DNA of 64,000 nt from the NCBI RefSeq assembly GCF_004010195.1, contig NC_057719.1, forward strand, positions 50,767,008 through 50,831,007, written 5' to 3'. A program made the position numbers and the translations under genes. Below, piece by piece: positions 52,852-64,000 of this stretch (the stretch's first letter is position 1; each line of letters begins with the position of its first letter). The notes under the pieces are model-generated. The model was not told the origin of the DNA. It made no database searches and was given only the letters and a program-made list of their open reading frames with translations. Source of the stretch: Chiloscyllium plagiosum. Its lineage: Eukaryota.

Positions 52852-53669
52852 CTGCAAAGAGAAAACTTCAAAAATATCTGCCTCTGTCTCTCCCTGTGTA
52901 GTTAGCAGAAAGTTTCCAGTATTAGCTAGCTATCTTCTACAAATTCCTCAGCAAATTCCCCGTTGAAGGAGAAATAATATATATTTAAAGACAGTGAAAC
53001 AATGAATTCTGAACCACTGAATAAAAGAAAGCAAGGGCTTGCAAATAGCCTTGGGTCAACAGAAAAGAACTAAAAGGAATTCAAAGGAACCAGTGAATCC
53101 TGTGGACCAGACTGGTGCCATTAAACGTTGCTCCCTGATCTTTTTGTTTCCCTTTTCTACCCTTCGTATCCATTTCTTCTCTGTTTGTGTGTCAGAAGGG
53201 GAATTTAACAACCCGATGAGTGTTTTCTTTTAACCTGAGTTTGGGAGTTAGATACATTATGGACTTTGTGTAGTTTGATTAAATATTTTCACATTTGTGA
53301 TGACTCCAGGAATAATAGAACTTGATTACCCCATTGACTATGATAACATGTACATCCATAATTGTTATCTAAATGTCCATCAAATGGCTTTTTGTGTGGT
53401 TAATTTTCTTAATGTTTCAATTACATACCAGGGAAACCAAAAAATTGTGAAGGCACTAATGAGTCTAGCAAAGATTCATTTGTTAATATAAATGGTTCCA
53501 TTGCAAATAAGCTCAATAGTGGGAACTATTTTATTTGGTAATTACAGTTTAGTGGTCTACGCAGGAAGTATTGTCAGTAGTCAATAATTTGTAACCTTAT
53601 TTGTCTTGAAGATAAAGGATCAAATACCAACTTCTGATCAAACAAAACAAGAAAACTTTAATTAGCAAT

Positions 53670-53836
53670 GATTCAGAGATGCCGGTTTTGGACTGGGGTG
53701 TACAAAGTTAAAAATCACACAACACCAGGTTATAGTCCAACAGGTTTAATTGGAAGCACACTAGCTTTCGGCGCGTCTAGTGTGCTTCCAATTAAACCTG
53801 TTGGACTATAAACTGGTGTTGTGTGATTTTTAACTT
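53670..53836. mobile_element. Palindromic element, centre deleted (same family as 63081-63299)
   Basis: 60-bp arms 53705-53764 / 53777-53836 (1 mismatch). TSD ttaattagcaatg / ttaatttgcaatg. Confidence 0.88.
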
Positions 53837-54449
53837 AATTTGCAATGTAAGATAAATTTTACTTTGGCAACTTACAGTGGCTCATATATTAGATGTAACC
53901 ATGCTGGAGTGTAACTTGAAAGACCTTTATGTTTTTAATAATTTATAGTATATTTATATAAAAAGTTGTAGCAGTGATTTTGTTCCTTTGTAGTCCCAGG
54001 GCTACATACCCATGCATCTAATTTTGTGATGGGTGGTCAGTTAGTTGTAGAAACATTATAGTACAGGACTACTAGCATTCTAACTTATATCTTGTCAGTC
54101 TTTACTTCATTAGTTCTAACTCTGATAATTTTACAACAATGGATCAAATAGTCTGCCCTACATTTTCCTTTATTCATTTGTGGGAAGTGACATCGCTGTC
54201 TGGACCAGCATTTATTGCCCATCCCTAGTTGCCTTTGAAAAGAAGGATAGTACCACTGTAATTCAATACCATAACCAGCTCTCTTTTCCTACCCCCCCAT
54301 CCACCTCCCACAAAGTAGCAGTGTCAGGAAGAAGAATTGGACTTGGTCCTTTGGATGTGATGTAATGTAGATTTTCATCTTAAATAATAACTGTCAAGTA
54401 TAAACGGCATACAATTTGTGAGAGTGCACCATTTTGATATAATAAAGAA

Positions 54450-54850
54450 TCAGAGTCATAGAGCATGGAAACAACCCTTCAGTACAAACTGTCCATGTTG
54501 ACCATAATCCCAAACTAAACTAGCCCCACCTGCCTGCACTTGGCCCATATCATTCCAAATATTTCTTATTCGTGGACTTATCCAAATTTCTTTTAAACTT
54601 TTAATTGTACCCGCATGCACTGCTTCCTCTGGAAGTTCATTCCACACACGAACCATACTCTGTGAAAAAAATTGCCCTTCATTACTTTCTAAAATCTTTT
54701 TCCTTTCACCTTAAAAATATGCCCCCTAGTCTTTAAATCCCCCAGCCTAGAGAAAAGATACCTGCCATTCACTTTATCTATACCCCTAATGATTTTGTAA
54801 ACCTCAATAAGGTCACCCCTCAATCTCCTATGTTCCAGTGAGAAAAGTTT
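54450..54850 (-). mobile_element. CR1 3' fragment
   Basis: Minus frame VRVWNELPEEAVHAG and CR1 tail. Confidence 0.88.
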
Positions 54851-54851
54851 C

Positions 54852-55143
54852 CAGTGGTTAGCACTGCTGCCTCACAGCGCCAGAGACCCGGGTTCAATTC
54901 CCGACTCAGGCGACTGACTGTGTGGAGTTTGCACATTCTCCCCCTGTCTGCGTGGGTTTCCTCCGGGTGCTCCGGTTTCCTCCCACAGTCCAAAGATGTG
55001 CGGGTCAGGTGAATTGGCCATGCTAAATTGCCCATTAAAAGGGGCAAAAGTAAGGGTATGGGTGGGTTGCGCTTCGGCAGGTCAGTGTGGACTTGTTGGG
55101 CCGAAGGGCCTGTTTCCACACTGTAAGTAATCTAATCTAATCT
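54852..55143 (+). mobile_element. Young HE1-like V-SINE
   Basis: tRNA-like head with B box ggttcaattccc (54891-54902), central conserved block, CR1-like tail ending (taatc)n. CpGs retained. Confidence 0.9.
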
Positions 55144-57780
55144 ATTCCAGACTCCGGTAGCAATGCACCACTACTTTTCATTAATATTTAAATTTTATTC
55201 TTCATGCTGGCATGTTACTTCTATCCTCCAATGAAGAAATATTGAACACAGTTTCAGCTTGTTAGGAAAACCCACACCACAACTGTTCATACAAGTCATA
55301 AACCTACAATTAGAGCTGTTGTCCCTTGTCAGCATTTCTAAGACTTTAGATCAGCTTTCTAGTTTCGACTTTGAGACAAACATTCCGCTCGATCTCTGAT
55401 AATGAATGGGGCGTGTAGGTATTTAGTGAAGGATCCATCAAATTATTAACTGTTCTGAACCTAATGCAAGTAGAAGGTGATTTATACAGTAAAAGCACAT
55501 ATTAAGGCATTGTGGAATTTCTGTATTATGTTCTAATAATCAATTACAGTATAGGTGCCCAAATATGGCATTACTAATCTTGCAAAACTAAAGTTTATCA
55601 AACAGCATTGTTTCAGTGCCAGAGCTGTGAGCCATCAAGAGGATGTTGCATTTGTTTTGTTGTACACCCCCTGTTGAAACTATGAATGAAACCACTTTGA
55701 GACATATTCTACAGACCTCCTATCTTCAACCTACTGCATTTTTAAACGAGGCTATATTTAATTGACAGGATGTGTGGTCCTTAGCGGTGTCTGCTTTTCC
55801 TTTTGTGATATGTTAATGCTGAAGTGAAGCCAACATAGCAAGTTTGGCCAAGACTGTTAGAGTATATAGCTATGAACTATGAAATTACAGTGGCTCAGAT
55901 AGTCTGACAGCCAGATTAATCATGTGAATGGTGTAGAGAGGTGTGTACATTGGAACCATACAAAATCCCAAATGCAGCTGGCTTCAATTGCCCAGGAAAT
56001 TGAAACTTCCAATGAGAATTTGCCCCTGCATCTGGACTCTCCCAGAGAGACTTTGGAGTCTCCCCACTCACATAGTTGCCAAGGAAATGTTAGGGGAATA
56101 AAAACCTACTCTAAATCTCAGATAACGATTAAACTAATTCTCCAACACACTATTGGTGAAAGCATCAAATGGAAATGGATGGAATTCCAGAGTATGGCAT
56201 CTCAGCAGCTGAGGCTAAGCTCCCAATGATGGAGCAATTAAAATAGAGATGTGCAAAAGGTAAGAATTGGAGTAGCACAGATATCTCAGGAGCTTGACAG
56301 TAGAGCCAAAATGTAACAATTGGCTCATTGATATCTAGCAAGGTTCCCACTGTTGCCAAGATTAAAGAAACCTTATCCAAATTGAGGAATTGAAAACTAC
56401 CCAACATATTAACTCCTAAAGAATGCTGACAAAAGCACTATCAATTTACTGTACCAGTGATTTGTACAAGTATAAACTAATTAAACTATTTGGTGTCATT
56501 CACCCTAAAGCCATGTATTTAACAAAAGCAAGGGATCCAAAACAGTTCTGTCTATTGTTCTGTCAACAGAGGCTAAAATATTTTCTTGGGTGATGCTAAC
56601 ATCAAAATCCCTCTGAGAACCAATTCCTGTGAACAACAGGCTAGCTTCACAGAGCACAGTGCAATCTTTGGCCAAATATTTACACTGTAACAGGTGGGAG
56701 CCAAACATGTTCAGTACAATTAGCACTAAATATGACCCACATTGATTTTCGAAAAAACTTAACTCATTGAATAGAAAATGCCAATGCCTCCTGATACAAT
56801 TTCTAAAAATGTTAACCAACATTATACCATTAAACAAGACAACTTTTTGCCCTCACAAGTAATGGGTGTGAATTGATGAAAGCTTTCTGAGCTTTTGAAG
56901 TTAACAAAGGACTGTGCTGTTGCCTCAGACTGATATTTGTCAAGTATTTGATTATATCATGAAGACAACAGCACAAAATAGTGATGTGGAACCAGCATGG
57001 GCAATAACTGTACCTGAAAAGATTCAAACTTTGCAGCAACCTCATGTGACCTTGGCTGAATTGGTGAACAGCCCCACCAAAGCTCTAGGAATGTATAAAG
57101 TGTATTTAGTCTTCAAATTCAGATCAGCTGAAATAAAACACCAAAAAGCAATAAAATTCCAGTTTCCTTCATAACTGATAATACATCCAAGGTAGTGCAA
57201 TCAGATAGTATGATTTCTGCCAAAGGTGACTGTTTTGATAAGCTGTTGATGCATTATTGCAATAAAAGATAACACTAACGTGCACTTTAACATAGTAACC
57301 TTATCTCCAAAGAGCTACAAATGGACACCCCCACTCATAATGGATGGAGAAACTGGCAGAGGCGTTGTCAGTTTGAGATGAGGCCTGTAACACCATTGAC
57401 TATAATGTCTGTTCCATCATTTGAAATGTAGAATCAGTAAAATAGAACAATAGTTATGGTTTCAGAAAGGACAATTTAGGTACCTTTCCAATCAAATCAG
57501 ACGTTATCTGCTTTTTGACTCTAGTGGCATGTGTGTTTTGGTCTGTGTATGAGTGTGATTAACTTGTCAGTATTTCTGGAGTCAAGATTTTTTAAAACCA
57601 GTATTAGCAAAGAAATCTCTGGGCGGTAATGGAAATTTGTTTGCTTTCAGAGAGTCATATGAGTGGACAGGCTAAATACTGAAGAGCATTAGCTTGCTTT
57701 CTGTTTAGAAGAATCAGAAATTTTGGTTTTTGCTTCGGAAAAATAACTATAGTTTGGAAAGTTTTTTTTCAGTTTGCAGA

Positions 57781-59703
57781 AGGGACCTTATCGAACACCT
57801 TACTGAAGTCCATATAAGATCACGTCCAGCACTCTGCCCTCATCAATCCTCTTCGTTACTTCTTCGAAAAAGTCAATCAAGTTCATGAGCCATGATTTCC
57901 CACACACAAAGTCATGCTGACTATCCCTAATCAATCTTTGTCTTTCCAAATACATGTAAATCCTGTCCCTCAGGATTCCCTCCAACAACTTGCCCACCAA
58001 TATGTCAGGCTCACTGGTCAATACTTCCCTGACTTTTTCTTACCACCTTTCTTAAATAGTTGTAACACATTAGCCAACCTCCCGTCTTCCGGCACCTCAC
58101 CCGTGTCTATCGATGATCCAAATATCTCAGCAAGTGGCCCAGCAATCACTTCCCTAGCTTTCCACAGAGTTTGAGGCTACACCTGATCAGGTCCTGGGGA
58201 TTTATCCACCTGTATGCGTTTCAAGACATCCATCACCATTTCCTCTGTAATATGGACATTTTAAAAGATGTCACCACCTATTTCCCCATATTCTATATCT
58301 TCCTTGCTCTTATCCACAATAAACATTGATGCAAAATACTTATTTGGTATCTCCCATACCTCTTGTAGCTCCACAGATGGGCTACCTTGTTGATCTTTGA
58401 GGGGCCCTATTTTCTCCCGAGTTACCCTTTTGTCCTGAAAGTATTTGTAGAATCCCTTTGGATTCTCCTTAACCCTATTTGCCAAAGTTATCTCATGTCC
58501 CCTCTTTGCCCTCCTGATTTCCCTCTTAAGTATACTCGTCCTGCCTTTATACTCTTCTAAGGATTCACTCGATCTATCCTGTCTATACATGACATTTGTT
58601 TCCTTCTTTTTCTTAACCATAGTAGACTGGTTAGCAAGATTAGATCTCAAGGAATACAAGGAGAACTAGCCATTTGGATACAGAAGTGGATCAAAGGTAG
58701 AAGACAGAGGGTTGCCTTTCAGACTGGAGGCCTGTGGCCAGTGGAGTGCCACAAGGATCAGTGCTCGGTCCACTGCTCTTTGTCATTGATATAAATGATT
58801 TGGATATGAACATAGGAGGGAAAGTTAGTAAGTTTGCAGATGACACCAAAATTGGAGGTGTAGTGGACAGTGAAGAAGGCTACCTCACAGTACAATGGGA
58901 TCTTGATCAGATGGGCCAATGGGCCAAGGAATGGCAGGTAGAGTTTAATTTAGATAAATGTGAGGTGCTACATTTTGGAAAGGCAAATCAGGGCAGGACT
59001 TGTACATTTAATGGTGAGGTCCTGGAGAGTGTTTCTGAACAAAGAGACCTTGAAGTGCAGGTTCATATTTCCTTGAAAGTGGAGTCGCAGGTAGATAGGA
59101 TAGTGAAGAAGGTGTTTGGTATGCTTTGGTCAGAGCACTGAGTATAGGAGTTGGGACGTGATGTTAGAACTGTACAGGACATTGGTTCGGCCACTTTTGG
59201 AATATTGTGTGCAATTCTTGTCTCCCTTCCAAAGGAAAGATGTTGTGAAACCTGAAAGGATTCAGAAAAGATTTACAAAGATGTTGCCAGGGTTGGAGGG
59301 TTTAGGGAGCTATAGGGAGAGGCTGTTTTCCCTGGAGTGTCGGAGGCTGAGGGGTGACTTTATAGAGGTTTATGAGGAACGTGGAGAGTGTAGATAGACA
59401 AGGTCTTTTCCCAGGGTTGGAGGAGTCCAGAATTAGGTTTAGGGTAAGAGGGGAAAAATTTAAAAGAGACCTTAGGGGCAACTTTTTCATGCAAAAAGTG
59501 ATGCTTGTATGGAATGAACTGCCAGAGGAAGTGGTGGAGGCTTGTACAAGTACAGCATTTAAAAGGCATCTGTATGTATATACGAATAGGAAGGAATTAG
59601 AGGGTTATGGTCTAAGTGCTGGCAAATGGGAGTAGATTAGGTTAGGATATGGACGAGTTTGACCAAAAGGTCTGTTTCCATGCTGCACATCTCTATGACT
59701 CTA
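57781..59703. mobile_element. CR1 LINE with inverted 5' half (minus 57781-58620, plus 58618-59703)
   Basis: The minus part runs from KKKKET..KENPKGFYKY to ..SKVFDKVP. The plus part resumes at HSRLVSKIRS and runs to the 3' tail. Confidence 0.92.
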
Positions 59704-62700
59704 AGTCCTGCTTAAAGTTAGATGTATGAGTAATTCCTGCCAGAGATGGGCATTTGTTCAGAAAAGTTAAGAGATCAGTTACCTCAGTGTAAAGATTTTA
59801 GTTGAAAGCTCCAGGCCAGAAGTGTTTAGTTAGAGTCATGAAGGTGTTATTTGAAGCTAAGAAAGTTTAAATTCACTGGTGTGACTAATCCAGGAACAGG
59901 CTAGCTAACTCTAAAGACCAGGAATTGAACAAAACAGTTACGTTTAATCTGTAGATGTGATAGGGAAGCAGGCTGTCTTTAGTGTTTAAGTACTATAACA
60001 TGATGGTGTTGGGAAAGGTGAGAGTGTATTTTACTGCACATTTTGCAATCTTTCAAATTGTTTTATATTAATAGCTTAGTTTGCTATTATATATTATTTT
60101 TTGCATAATAACTATCTGCTTTATTTTTAAAAGTAAATATTCATCATTCTGTTCCTGAGATTCAATGAAAGCCCACCTTGTAAAATAAAAAGAATCATTC
60201 AACCTAGATTTCAGTCTGGGTCTGAATATTGCAGCTAGGATCATCCCAAATCTACTGTTTACATTCTGCAAGCTACTGAAATTTTTTTAATGATGTTCCA
60301 CCTGGAAATCTTAAACACATTTTTAATATTATTTTATTAGGAAACCTGTGTGAAATTTCAAGGCCGTAATCTTACCTTACGGTGTAGCTGTGTTACAAAC
60401 TGCACGAGCAAGTGTGATTATCTATGATGTTATATGGAGTACTGGATGAGAATACTTTCTTGTAATCATTTTTGCTGCACGTTGTGATGTTAGTTTTTCA
60501 GAAGCTACAACATTAATGTGTAAACTAAAGGGCATTTTAAAATTGATGGTTAGCTACAAGATTGCATTTTACCCCCTCCCCCCACCACCCTTAATCCAAA
60601 CATGGCTACCAAAAAGAAATGAAGCAAAAGTGGAACGTTTCCTTGTATGAAGTGACGGATTTGGAAAGATATCCAGTTACCATATAATTCCTGTCAGACA
60701 AAATAGTACAAAGGACAAGGCTTATTCCATAAAGTGGCACAGATTATATGGATTTTATTCTGTGCTCATTTCCAATTATGACTATTTTTATCAATTGATT
60801 GATGCTTAATAATTTCCCCCAAAACATATTTCTATTTGCTAAAACCAAGGAATATCTATGCAAAAAGCAATTTGTTTTGTTTATTGCAGCTTTGGTACAT
60901 ACCTTATATTTCAGAAAGTGTTTTTTCTGTGACTAAATTGCTGATATTTATGCATATAAAGATGTAGTTTGTTTCTGTTCCTTTTCCACAGAATAACATG
61001 TTCTCCCAAATACAGGCATGCTGGCTTGGAGTACAGTGGAAATCTATTTTTCCTTTCCTGCTGGCTTTGTTCCAGATAGCCCTTGGGGTGGTCTCTCATC
61101 TGCAGTGCATTCATCACAACCACTGCATAGAAAGAAAATGGGGTGTGGGCCAGACTGGTTTCCTGTACTTGGAACAGACATAATTAACAACTGAAGGGTT
61201 TGTGTTTTAGCTTGAAAATGCATTGATTATGGAACCAGTCTATTGTGCTTTGAAATGTGTTGTTAATTGAAAAAAATAACGTTTGTAGCTTTTAGTATTA
61301 TGACTCCTTAATTTCATTATAACTTGTGTTGATATGGCTTTTTTCAAAAAAATAGGTTATCTAAGGTTTAACCCATTAGGTGTATGTTTCAACATGACAA
61401 CCAATAACAGCTTCCAAAGAGTTCTGGCATGCAGCTGTGTGATGATAATTACTAGTCTGCCAGAATTAAGTGTATAGTGAGTTCAATTAGCAGTCCCAAT
61501 TATTACTTCATCACAATGTGCAAGAGTCCCCTTTATTAACATGTAGGCGTCAATCCAATGCTGCAATACGAGTGTAGCTGACAATGCAAAAAAACTGAAT
61601 TTGAAGTGTAATTTAAAGGAGATTATAAAACAACTCCATTTTAAACACAAGTATCCAAGCAAAAGGGTAGTATTTTATCAGTTAGTTAAGATTTATGTGA
61701 TGTACTCTCCTTAATATTTTTTGATTTTTTTCATATTATCCTTTCTTTTTAAGATCATTATGACTTCTCCATTTTACTGTCCATTTAGTTGTCATCTTCC
61801 TCCCTCTAGAAATATGCCTTGCTTTCCACACCATGAGTGAAATGTATTTCAGCCAGTCACGTTATATTTAAATGTATTTCACAAAATTGGCAGTGCTAAG
61901 TGAAAGAAGTTCACCTCTTTTCTACAAGTACAGGTCATTTCCCTTTTCCTTTTGCTGAAGTCTGGAGTAATGCCAAATTGCATGAGTTAACAACATACTT
62001 CAGTCTGCAACTCAGTCATTGGGGAAAAGAACTTACAGTTTTGCAACATTTTCTGATTTCATGAATCAATAGCTGCTTTATATATTGTACCTTACATTGA
62101 GGAAAGTTTTAGAATTCAGAAGGAATTGATTTTCAACAGCATATATTTGATTTTGTAACTTTACTGAAATTTTCAGAATAGAAAAAACTGTCAAGTAAAC
62201 CTTTGATAAATAAAGAGCATTGACTAAATCTGTCAAATGCAATGTAAAGTTATTATGTTTTTTTAATTGATTTGGAAGTAGAATAATAAGTTATAAAGGC
62301 TCTGCAATTAATTGCAAGAGTTGAGGAGAAAAATATGATCACAAAATATCAATGAAAGTGAGGCATTTGCTACTGTACATAGGTAAAATTGTTTAGCTTT
62401 TCACAGAGCTTGATGGGTGAAAAATACAGGGTGCAGGACTCAATCTTCAGGAGCCTGACTCTGTCAATGTTTCATTTGGAACTCCAAGTCTGACCCTTGC
62501 TCAGTTCTGCAGCAGATGAGGCTGAAAGGCTGTTTCTAAACCAGTTAGGTAACTACTTGATGAAGTCACCTGAAATTCTTTTAGGCTTATGATTTAATGC
62601 TGCAACCTATTAAACATGAATCAGAAATACTCACAAGTGATTGTAATGCATCTGCTGCTCTTAAGAAAGTCGATCACCCAAGCAGTGAATTTGCAGATTT

Positions 62701-62789
62701 TTGTGTCTTTAGATCTGAGAACAAGCAATTATGCTGGTGGAGCCCACTGGCTACTGCCTACAGCCTACACTGGGGATAATAAACCATAG

Positions 62790-63360
62790 TAATGCTGACA
62801 AAATCAAAGTGTTACACCTTTAGGTGCTGGCCAGCAATGTCAAACGCGAAGTAGTAAGATGGAGAATATGGAAAGATTTTTGATAGTATGGATTGAAGAC
62901 CAAAACCAGAACCCAGTACCTTTTATTTTGATGAACACCCAAGCAAAAGTCAAAAACCTGTGTGAAGACTTAAACAATGTGCTGGATGAAAGTTCTAGGT
63001 CAGAATGTTTTAATGCTAGCATGGATGGTTTTAAAGAAAATTCCTATTTGCACAACTTTAAACAGCTCTTGATAATTCATGATTTGGAAATGCCGGTGTT
63101 GGACTGGGGTGTACAAAGTTAAAAAATCTCACAACACCAGGTTATAGTCCAACAGGTTTAATTGGAAACACACTAGCTTTCGGAGCGTCGCTCCTCCATC
63201 AGGTGGTAGTGCCCTGATGAAGGAGCGTCGCTCCGAAAGCTAGTGTGCTTCCAATTAAACCTGTTGGACTATAACCTGGTGTTGTATGATTTTAAACTTG
63301 CTAATTCAGAGATGGCTGACAAATTCTTCACCTATTTGATGCAAGTCATTGAAGATCAGG
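62790..63360 (+). pseudogene. Tigger/pogo-like transposase remnant (CENP-B-type HTH region) split by a hairpin insertion
   Basis: MENMERFLIVWIEDQNQNPVP..QAKVKNLCEDL..FNASMDGFKENSYLHNFK resembles Tigger transposases. Continues after 63300 as NSEMADKFFTYLMQVIEDQ. Confidence 0.7.
63081..63299. mobile_element. Palindromic element with two divergent HHR-like cores
   Basis: Arms ~63116-63203 / ~63213-63299. CTGATGA (63214-63220)-AGGAGC GTC GCTCC-GAAA (63235-63238). TSD cttgataattca / cttgctaattca. Confidence 0.88.
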
Positions 63361-64000
63361 AAATTCTAATATGCCTACAGCATACTTAAGGGAATTGCAA
63401 ATATTGCTGACCCATAGGATGAAGTGTCATGCCTGAAATCATGAGATAAGATTTGTGGGCTGTGTGTTTAAGTATCCCACTACAGTGTCCCCGAGGTCCG
63501 ATGTGGAATTATCACTTCAGAGAGAAAGGCTGGGCTTAGTGTAGCAGATAAAGCTGACACATTGGAATTGCTTGCATTCAACAAAGAATTTCTCAATGAA
63601 AGCTTAATATGGCTAAAATAATTAGCAGGAATGGAGGGTGGTGTGGCTGTCAGCAGCCACTCCCTTCATGTCTAGTCCATCAATTTAGCATGGAGTAACT
63701 TTGAAAGAGAATTCCCCAGGGGACCCTGCAAGCAACCCTGAAATGTAGGGATAGGCCCTTAGCTATTCTTCCATTCACCATTTTAAGGACTTTGTTATGA
63801 TCAAGTCATGAGGAGTCCAATGGCACTGCCCCTCTTTTCCCAATCCTCATTTGAATTCAACAGATTCTTTATAAAAAATAGTTTGCCAATTCAGTCTGTG
63901 TTAACTGCTCATGTGCTGTGACTGTAAAAGATAAAATAGGCAAAGTCCTTGACCTTTCAAAAACAAAAGAGGCACATTTTTATTGTCCTTAAATTGATCT

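Noticed and set aside
57014..57127. Minus-strand exon-like segment with a good acceptor
   Set aside because: Stops occur in all three frames before the apparent donor.
60992..61183. Plus-strand acceptor followed by a short ORF
   Set aside because: No convincing donor, no linkage to other exons, and no recognisable peptide.

Overview
Repeat-dense vertebrate DNA, most likely from a shark (inferred from HE1-type V-SINEs, HER1-like CR1 LINEs and Penelope-like elements, PLEs). No intact long ORF is present, and most of the ORF track is noise or decayed retrotransposon frames. Host-gene signal is limited. Two well-formed, phase-compatible + strand exons (16323-16507, 19306-19422) belong to a gene I cannot name and have candidate alternative 3' exons. 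A probable minus-strand terminal exon (49030-49136) has a phase-compatible 31-nt upstream exon. The most interesting pattern is five short (~120-220 bp) hairpin insertions of about four sequence types, each flanked by a 13-17 bp target-site duplication (TSD). They are built from inverted PLE terminal repeats; three still show hammerhead-ribozyme (HHR)-like CUGANGA..GAAA cores at the symmetry axis and two have lost the centre. Also seen: a near-intact minimal HHR in a young inverted PLE next to an assembly gap, a twin-priming-type 5'-inverted CR1, a 109-bp locally templated insertion, a retroposon family carrying a 21-bp minisatellite, and Tigger/pogo remnants. Coordinates were counted by eye and repeat boundaries are approximate.
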